Shown here one piece after another: positions 57,577-64,000 of a stretch of 64,000 nt of DNA (positions are counted from its first letter, which is position 1; each line of letters opens with the position of its first letter). The stretch lies in contig BTUM01000003.1 in the NCBI GenBank assembly GCA_045863235.1, positions 64,001 through 128,000 on the forward strand, read 5' to 3'. The translations under genes were made by a program, and so were the position numbers. Under the pieces are notes generated by a model that did no database searches, was not told where the DNA came from, and saw only the letters and a program-made list of their open reading frames with translations. The DNA is from Candidatus Xenobia bacterium. Lineage in GTDB: Bacteria > Vulcanimicrobiota > Xenobia > Xenobiales > QWHO01.

Positions 57577-57684
57577 TAAGGCGCCGCGCGTTGAACACTT
57601 CAGGAATGGGCGCGGCGCCGTTCAGCAGATTGTCTACACTCCCGCGCGTTCCAATTCTGAACAGGTCAACGCGCGGGAGTGTAG
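57577..57684. repeat. paired-hairpin element, copy 2
   Basis: Same orientation as 55276-55365; 17-bp stem CTACACTCCCGCGCGTT/AACGCGCGGGAGTGTAG (57634-57684). Confidence 0.9.
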
Positions 57685-57786
57685 GACTCGCAGGAGGCAC
57701 TTCATGCTCAAGCGCCAGGGCCAGCGCGGCAAAACATCCGCCGACAGTCGCATCGGCACCAGGACCCGGAGAGGCGAGAGCGAGCC

Positions 57787-59328
57787 CTGAGGGCCCATTT
57801 CTGCCCCAGTTGCGGGGCCAGGCTGCGCCGTCCCACCAGCCGAGAGCTGACCTGCGAGTATTGCGAGACCGTGCTCTGGGTGGAACCAGAAGCGATTCAG
57901 GAGGCTCCCCGCCCGCTCGACCCGGAGCCCGAGGCCTATCCCGAGCCGCCCGCGCGGCTCTGGCAGCAGTCCACGCCGCGGGTGGAGGTCTCGCTGATCG
58001 AGCAGGAGGTCCCCGACAGCCCGCCGGAGGCCTTCCTCGCCGAGCCGCTGCCCGACGAGCTGCTGGCCCTCGTCTACCTGCGCCTGGTGGATGACGACAA
58101 CCGCCCGGTGCGGGACTGGCCGCTGCCCCTCGAGCCCGTGCTGGAGAGCCTGCGACTGCATCGCGACCCCGGTCTCGCTGCCAACGCCGGGCTGCAGTGG
58201 TTGTGTGACCAGCCCCGGGGTTTCCCGCACCGACTCGAGATCGTCGTGGCCCTCTTCGACCCCACCCGCGCGTCGCTCCTCAGCTATGGCGCTGGTTGTC
58301 ACGACGCGCTCATCTGGCTCGACTGCGAAAGCGCCAGCACGGTGACCCTGAGCGCTCGGCCGCAGGGCCTGGATCGCAAGGTTCTGCGGGGCCGTGGGGA
58401 GGCGTTCGAGAACTGTCGGGCCGTGCTACTCGGCCCGGGGGACGCGGTCGTGCTGCTCTCGGCTGGAGTCCTGGGACGGCAGGGCGGCTCCAGCGAGGCT
58501 GCCCACGCCGTCTTCGAGGTGCTGCGCGAGGTGAGCGGGGAAGACCCGCTGCGCGTGGTGACGCTCGTCAAGAAGGCCTACTGGGAGCACGGCCGCCGCC
58601 GGGACCCGGCGCTCGCCCCCGTCGGCCCCGTGCGCGTCGCCGCGCTGCAGCCCGTGGCTCCGGCCCTGGCCGCCCTGCCCCCGTCGCGGCTCGTGCAGTT
58701 CGGCACGGCGCGCTTCCAGCTCGACCTCTGGGCCAACCCCCTGGACGAGCTCGAGATCCTGCCCCTGCATGGAGAGCGCTGGGTTCTGGTGTGGCTCTCG
58801 GGGGACGGCCTGGAGATTGCGAACGAGACGTTGAGTACGGTCCGGGAACGGGTGCTCGAGGTCCTGGACCGACGCGACCACGGGGACAACGAGGACCCGC
58901 GCGTGGCCGGGCGACGAGCTCTGGAAGGGCTGAACCTGCGGCTCACCCTGGTGCTCCTCTCCGACCGCTACGGCCGCGCCCACTACTATCGGGCCGGCCT
59001 CCAGCCTCCGATCTACCTCTCCCCGCGGGGCAACGGCACCCGCGGGGGATCCCTGCAGAGCTACGACGAGGGCGGCAGCGCCACGCTCGATCCCGGCGCC
59101 CGGCTGTTCTTTTTGGGTCGGCTTCCCATCGCGCGCGAGGTGCACCATGCCGACGACCTGGCCGAGCAATGGCCGGGGGGCAAGACCTCGCGACTGTACG
59201 CCGGCCTGAGCGAGCACTGGAAGACTCCCCCCGGCGAACAGGCGCTCTCTCGCCTGGCCCAGGCGGCACTGTCGGACCGCCCCGGGGTCGCGCTCGAGGG
59301 CCTCGGGTTGGTCACCGGGAGGCCGTGA
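57787..59328 (+). CDS. zinc ribbon plus degenerate SpoIIE/PP2C-like domains
   Basis: CPSCGA...CEYC lies upstream of the GTG at 57871; VALFDP...YGAG and LGPGDAVVLLSAG resemble SpoIIE. Confidence 0.65.
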   Translation: MRAHFCPSCGARLRRPTSRELTCEYCETVLWVEPEAIQEAPRPLDPEPEAYPEPPARLWQQSTPRVEVSLIEQEVPDSPPEAFLAEPLPDELLALVYLRLVDDDNRPVRDWPLPLEPVLESLRLHRDPGLAANAGLQWLCDQPRGFPHRLEIVVALFDPTRASLLSYGAGCHDALIWLDCESASTVTLSARPQGLDRKVLRGRGEAFENCRAVLLGPGDAVVLLSAGVLGRQGGSSEAAHAVFEVLREVSGEDPLRVVTLVKKAYWEHGRRRDPALAPVGPVRVAALQPVAPALAALPPSRLVQFGTARFQLDLWANPLDELEILPLHGERWVLVWLSGDGLEIANETLSTVRERVLEVLDRRDHGDNEDPRVAGRRALEGLNLRLTLVLLSDRYGRAHYYRAGLQPPIYLSPRGNGTRGGSLQSYDEGGSATLDPGARLFFLGRLPIAREVHHADDLAEQWPGGKTSRLYAGLSEHWKTPPGEQALSRLAQAALSDRPGVALEGLGLVTGRP

Positions 59329-59378
59329 GCTCCGTCCATGTCCGTACGGGCCCTGACCCGAGCACGCCCTCTGAGCTG

Positions 59379-61997
59379 TCAGAACCCCGGCCCGAGCGGA
59401 CGCACCGGGTACTCCGGATCGTTGGTGGCCAGCGCGATCCCGTTCTTGTAGGACGTTTCCCACTTGATGCTGCGCGTGGCGGGCTGGTACAGGCCAGCGA
59501 TGCCACTCTTATAGGAAGTTCGCCACTGCATCCCGGCCTGAGTGGGATCGTAAACTCCCGCCACGCCGTTCTGGTAGGACGTCTGCCACTCAACCTGGCC
59601 GGTGGACGGGTTGAAAGCCGCCCCTACGCCATTCTTGTAGGACGTTTGCCACTCCACCGTCCCGGTCTCGGGCACGAACACGCCCCCGACCCCGTTCTTG
59701 TAAGAGGTCTTCTCCTCGAACTCTCCGCTGATCGGGTTGTAGACCACCGCGATGCCGTTCATATAGGCTGTCTTCCGCTCCAGGCGGACCTGCTCGCCGG
59801 GCTCAGGGGGCGGCCCGAGCTGGAGCGCGGGAGTGATCCGGGGCGCCACCGGCCTGGTTGCCGAAGGTTCTGCGGGGGGGGAGTGGGCAGTCCCGGCGTT
59901 GCGCTTGCCCACCCGCACTCCGGCCACCACCAGATGGGTGGGAGTCTCGGCGATGGCGGCCACGGGCCGCTCCTCGCTGACGGCCGAGAGAATCGGGTCA
60001 TCGAGCAGCACGGCCAGTCCGTCCAGGTCGCCCGAGCCACGCACCACGGCTCCCAGCTTGCCGGGCGTCTGCTCGAGCGCGTGGTGCAGATTGGCGCGCC
60101 ACTGGGGACCGGCCCAGCTGCGAGCGGCCAGGGACACGGTCTCGAGCACGGGACGAAGCCCGCTGGAGCCCTCGGCCGTCAGACAGCGCAGCGCACCCAG
60201 GGCCAGGGCCGCCTGGCTCCAGGTGGCATTGGGCCCATCCACCGTGGTCAGCCGCAGCAGCACGGGGGCGGCCGGGTGGTCCATGGCCTTCAGCCCGGCC
60301 CGCGCCAGCCACAGCTTCTCGTTGATGTCGGGGGTAGCGCGAGCCATCATCAGGGCCACCTGGGCCGTGCGCCGGATGGGGTCAGCGGGAGCCTGCTCGA
60401 GCGCCCGGCAGCCGGCCAGCACCACGGCCGCCTGGTTGGCGGCCTGAGGCCAGGGCTGGCTGCGGACCGCCTCCAGCAGCGGGTCGTCCGAGCTGACCAG
60501 GGCCACCACCTCGGCAGGAGGCAGGAGCGGGCTCAGGTTCTCAAGCAGGGTGATAGGGTCTTCCAGGTGCTGCAGGCCGACCCGGAGGACCTCGGGATCG
60601 CTCACCCTGCCCAGCACCGTCAGGGCCGGGGAGGCCTCGGCCGCGGACAGGGCGGCCACCAGCCGCTCGGGCGGGAGGTGCTCGCTCAGATCTCGGGCCG
60701 CCTGGGCGGGCGAGAAGGGCTGGTCGAGCTGGGCCGCCGCCGCCCGGTAGACCGCTGCCTGCGGCTCGGCCTGGACCAGCCGCGTCACCGCCTGAGGGGG
60801 GCTCTGCTCCAGCATCCACTGGCCCAGCCGGACGGCATCCTCATCCGAGAGCGGGGTCTTGCCCAGCAGCTCGGCGGCCCGGCTTGCATGCGGCTGATCG
60901 GTGGTTGAGAGAGCCTGCAGAGCCAGGTTGGCGCGTCCTTCGAGCTCGGGGACCTGGTCGAGGAACTCGCGCGTGGCGGGCGTGGCCAGTTGGCGCGCCA
61001 GCGCCTCGCTCTCGGAGGGGGCAAGCAGGGGGTGGATCTTCTCCAGCAGCGCTCTGGGCTCGAGCTCGACATGGTCGAGCCCGGCCTGCAGGGCCGGAAG
61101 CTGGGAGACCTGACCCAGCAGCGTCAGGGTGGGATTCTCCGGCTCCACCGCCGCCAGGGCCTCCACCAGCTGACGCTCGGACACCCGGTGCTTGAGCTCT
61201 CGGCTGGCCCCGCTCAGGGTGAACTCGGGCTGCAGCAAGAGGTGGCCCGCGGCCTCATAGGGCGGCTCCGGCAAGGCCTTGAACAGCCTGCTGACGGGAT
61301 GAGCGTCCGGGAGCTGCTCGAGCATCCACGACCCCAGCACCTGCACGTCCTTGGGGGGCAGTTCGTCCAGAAGGTGCGCCAACGGGGGCTTCGACTCGAG
61401 GTTGGTCAGGCACCACCGCTCGGCCGTAAAGCGGCCTTCCCGGGTGAGCTCCAGGCCATCGAGGGAGCGGAGGAAGCTCTTCAGCTCGGGGTCGGCCAGC
61501 TCGTTCAGGGCCGGGCGCACGGGCAGATCGTGCAGCGCCCGGCTCCACTCGGCGCCCGTGCGGGGCTCGGGACGAGCGGCCTGGTGCAGCAGCCAGTCCG
61601 CCGAGGGGGCCGACGCCTTGAGGGCAGGATGAGCCGGCAGCACCTGCTCCAGCCCTCTCTCCACCTGACCGCGCAGGGCCGGGTCGGACAGGTCGCGCAG
61701 CGCCAGAGCCAGCCCCGCCAACCCCGTCAGGCTGGCACTCGTGTCCAGAGCCAGCGCCTGCAGCGAGCGCCGCATCACTGCCAGGCGGCTCGTCGGCGTG
61801 GCTTCGGGGGGCGATGCCACCCGGGCCATGGCCAGCATCACCTGCTTCTCTGAAGGGGTCTCCATCTGCTCGAGCCGGGTCAGGCAATCCTCGCCGGCCT
61901 GGAGCTGCAGCTCTTGCTTCTTCCAAAATTGCAGCCGCCACGAGCTGCACGCCTGCAGCCCGCGGTTGGCTTCCTGGGAGAATCGGCTCAGCTCCAC
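59379..61997 (-). CDS. orphan helical protein with VAGVR motif and C-terminal 21-aa repeats (paralog of 12161..14410)
   Basis: Shared RL(K/Q)FWK N-terminus, PDWLL/ADWLL, MARATPD, GPNA.WSQ; about 5.5 YKNGVxGVYxPxxGxVEWQTS repeats. Confidence 0.85.
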   Translation of the reverse strand: MELSRFSQEANRGLQACSSWRLQFWKKQELQLQAGEDCLTRLEQMETPSEKQVMLAMARVASPPEATPTSRLAVMRRSLQALALDTSASLTGLAGLALALRDLSDPALRGQVERGLEQVLPAHPALKASAPSADWLLHQAARPEPRTGAEWSRALHDLPVRPALNELADPELKSFLRSLDGLELTREGRFTAERWCLTNLESKPPLAHLLDELPPKDVQVLGSWMLEQLPDAHPVSRLFKALPEPPYEAAGHLLLQPEFTLSGASRELKHRVSERQLVEALAAVEPENPTLTLLGQVSQLPALQAGLDHVELEPRALLEKIHPLLAPSESEALARQLATPATREFLDQVPELEGRANLALQALSTTDQPHASRAAELLGKTPLSDEDAVRLGQWMLEQSPPQAVTRLVQAEPQAAVYRAAAAQLDQPFSPAQAARDLSEHLPPERLVAALSAAEASPALTVLGRVSDPEVLRVGLQHLEDPITLLENLSPLLPPAEVVALVSSDDPLLEAVRSQPWPQAANQAAVVLAGCRALEQAPADPIRRTAQVALMMARATPDINEKLWLARAGLKAMDHPAAPVLLRLTTVDGPNATWSQAALALGALRCLTAEGSSGLRPVLETVSLAARSWAGPQWRANLHHALEQTPGKLGAVVRGSGDLDGLAVLLDDPILSAVSEERPVAAIAETPTHLVVAGVRVGKRNAGTAHSPPAEPSATRPVAPRITPALQLGPPPEPGEQVRLERKTAYMNGIAVVYNPISGEFEEKTSYKNGVGGVFVPETGTVEWQTSYKNGVGAAFNPSTGQVEWQTSYQNGVAGVYDPTQAGMQWRTSYKSGIAGLYQPATRSIKWETSYKNGIALATNDPEYPVRPLGPGF

Positions 61998-62003
61998 GAG
62001 ACC

Positions 62004-62034
62004 AGGTTAACCCGGGGGGCTGAAAGATTGTTGA
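62004..62034 (-). promoter_or_regulatory. shared upstream box plus -10 of tagged gene 61997
   Basis: Minus strand TCAACAATCTTTCAG-N10-TAACCT-N6-GTG. Confidence 0.6.
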
Positions 62035-62082
62035 CCCGTCGTGCTAAGAATAGGGGGCAACTTTGAACAGGGGTGAAAACCG

Positions 62083-63585
62083 TTGATCGCTTTGAGAAGG
62101 CTCCTCCCCATGCTGTTCCTGGCTTTGCTGCTGGGATGCCAGCAGACGCCTGGACCCACGCCCGCCCCCACCGCGAGCAAGCTCGTGCCCAGCACCACTG
62201 CGAGCCCCGCAGCCTCTCCCACGGTCAGTGCCGAGCCGGTGGACGTCTTGATCGTCGGAGCCGGTCTCGCCGGACTGACCACGGCCTACCAGCTCAAGCA
62301 GGCGGGCATCAGCTTCCGGGTGCTCGAGCTGACTCCCCGGGTAGGTGGACGCGCCCGCACCGCCAGCTACCCTGACGAGACCCAGGCCGAGGTGGGCCTG
62401 GCCGAATTCTGGACCGGCAATCCCGCCATCGATCTGGCCAAAGAGCTGAATGTCGAGCTCGAGCTCGTCGAGCCCGGCATGTCCAGTTTCATGGTGGACG
62501 GAAAGCTCTACCCCTTCACCGACTACGACTCCAACCAGGACTTCATCAAAGCCACTCTGGGCAAGGACTACCCGGAATACCAGGCCTGGGACAAGCGGAT
62601 GGAGGGTCTGGTGCACCAGGTCGAATCCGGCAAGATCCCGCCCGAGCTCATGAAGCTCAAAGACGAATCCTTCGAGGACTGGCTGGAGAAGGAGAAGCTC
62701 TCCCCCTTCGCCCGCAAGCTGGTGAAAGCCGTCATCGAGCCCGAGATCGGAACCAGCATCAAGAGGATCAGCGCCCTGGACGGCATCGCCGAGTGGCATC
62801 TCTTCGTCGGCAAAGGCGCCACGCCACAGCACTGCGTGGGCGGCAACGAGAAGCTCCCCCTGGCCCTGGCCAAAGCCATCGGCGAGGAGAACATCTCCCT
62901 CAACACCCAGGTCACCAACGTCATCGACGGCCCCGACGGCGTCGAAGTGCGGGCCGTGGACACCGCCAACTTCGACGGTAAGGTCTTCAAAGCAAAGTAC
63001 GTCGTGCTGACCGTCCCGCTCTATCGGTTGTTCGAGATCCAGTTTGTGCCGCGGCTAGACGACAAGGTGTATCAGGCCATTCACACCCAGTCGTGGGGCG
63101 CCTACTTCACCGCCCACTGCTTGCTGGATAGGGCCGCCGAGAAGTACTGGACCGTGGACGGCAACATCGTGCTGCCCATCCTGAGCGGGGGGGCGCTGGG
63201 GTGCATCTACCCCGGCCACGACGTCGGTCCCAAGGACTCGGTGATGCTCAACTTCCTGGTCACCGGGCCGCACGCGGAGGAGTTCAACAGCCGCACCAAG
63301 TCGCTCGACGACGTGCAAACCGCGATGGAGACGGCCATGGAGGAGACCTGGCCGGGGAGCAAGGCGATGATCAAGCGGTGGACGTTCTATCGCTATCACC
63401 CGCGGGCCATCGCTTCGTGGCCGGTGGGGCGGTCGAGGTTTGATGAGCTTTCCGAGGGGCTGCGCAAGCCGCACGGGCGCATCTACTTCGGGGGAGATTT
63501 CACGGAGAGCAGCCACTCGGATGGGGCCATGCGATCAGCCATTCGAATGAGTGGGCAGATCAAAGCCGTGCTGGGGAAGAAGTAG
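62083..63585 (+). CDS. flavin monoamine oxidase-family lipoprotein
   Basis: Lipobox LLGC; IVGAGLAGL, RVGGR, RIYFGGD and DGAMRSA motifs. Confidence 0.9.
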   Translation: MIALRRLLPMLFLALLLGCQQTPGPTPAPTASKLVPSTTASPAASPTVSAEPVDVLIVGAGLAGLTTAYQLKQAGISFRVLELTPRVGGRARTASYPDETQAEVGLAEFWTGNPAIDLAKELNVELELVEPGMSSFMVDGKLYPFTDYDSNQDFIKATLGKDYPEYQAWDKRMEGLVHQVESGKIPPELMKLKDESFEDWLEKEKLSPFARKLVKAVIEPEIGTSIKRISALDGIAEWHLFVGKGATPQHCVGGNEKLPLALAKAIGEENISLNTQVTNVIDGPDGVEVRAVDTANFDGKVFKAKYVVLTVPLYRLFEIQFVPRLDDKVYQAIHTQSWGAYFTAHCLLDRAAEKYWTVDGNIVLPILSGGALGCIYPGHDVGPKDSVMLNFLVTGPHAEEFNSRTKSLDDVQTAMETAMEETWPGSKAMIKRWTFYRYHPRAIASWPVGRSRFDELSEGLRKPHGRIYFGGDFTESSHSDGAMRSAIRMSGQIKAVLGKK

Positions 63586-63882
63586 CGAAGAACTTGTTCC
63601 GAGCGGCCCCAAGATCAAGGGCCCGACTTCTGCGCGCAGCGATCATCAGGTCAAGAATTCTGGAAAGACCTCTGCGTGTTGCGCGAGCACAACATGCTGG
63701 GCGTCGCGCAGCCGGAAAACCGTGTCAAGGGGTTCCCGACCGGGAGTTTCCCTTGATTGCCTGGAAATTCGATCGCTCAGCAGGGTTTTCGTCCTCGAGG
63801 CGAAAACATGCACTCCTGGTTGTCCGTCGTTTCATTTTGTGACCGTCGATAGCCTCATTCTCATTCAACTCAAGGAGGCTAT

Positions 63883-64000
63883 ATGACGTATAGCGACAAG
63901 ACCCTGACCTGTTCTGATTGCCAACAGTCCTTCACGTTCACTGCCGGCGAGCAGGAGTTTCACGCATCCAAAGGCTTCACCAACCAGCCGGGCCGTTGCC
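63883..64000 (+). CDS. zinc-ribbon protein (zf-trcl type), partial
   Basis: AAGGAGG SD; MTYSDKTLTCSDCQQSFTFTAGEQEF..KGFTNQPGRC. Confidence 0.9.
   Translation, partial: MTYSDKTLTCSDCQQSFTFTAGEQEFHASKGFTNQPGRC

Noticed and set aside
2839..60908. Long antisense or alternate-frame ORFs (e.g. 2839..4791, 14767..16965, 18409..21216, 45144..47378, 58296..60908)
   Set aside because: These are shadow ORFs of high-GC genes with no motifs, lying opposite or within well-supported CDSs.
63586..63882. Riboswitch or ncRNA in the long leader of the zinc-ribbon gene
   Set aside because: No recognisable family consensus by eye; an Rfam/Infernal scan would be needed.
1..64000. Prophage, integron, intact IS, tRNA or rRNA
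   Set aside because: No integrase, transposase, phage structural gene or structural RNA signature was seen.

Overview
GC-rich bacterial chromosomal window. The gene mix and the many orphan proteins suggest Ca. Eremiobacterota/Vulcanimicrobiota (class Xenobia), but this is an inference only. Recognisable genes: a TolC-MFP-RND efflux operon, WD40 and SMI1/KNR4 proteins, a metallophosphoesterase, an atypical phosphohexomutase, a HEPN-MNT pair, a ThrRS-N/uridine kinase fusion, an IMPase/ADP-ribosylglycohydrolase fusion, a minor-pilin/PilZ/histidine kinase/GspF cluster, hypCDE, SPFH, DUF5693, FUSC, VIT1, TauE, GST and a flavin amine oxidase. No rRNA, tRNA, CRISPR array, transposase or integrase was seen. 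The main unexplained signal is a dispersed set of orphan genes with three shared features. (i) Five proteins, in four unrelated sequence families, share an ungapped 18-aa motif ending in V[GA]G[VI][RV][LV]x[KT][KRA], at the C-terminus in three of them. (ii) Four of these five genes share an upstream box followed by an exact 10-nt spacer, a TAnnCT -10 element and a near-leaderless start. (iii) Several carry Ser/Pro-rich, type-III-like N-termini rather than Sec signals. Together these suggest a co-regulated, tagged secreted-effector system. Also present: a 107-bp palindromic tandem array, paired-hairpin direct repeats bracketing one tagged gene, and several apparent CTG starts.
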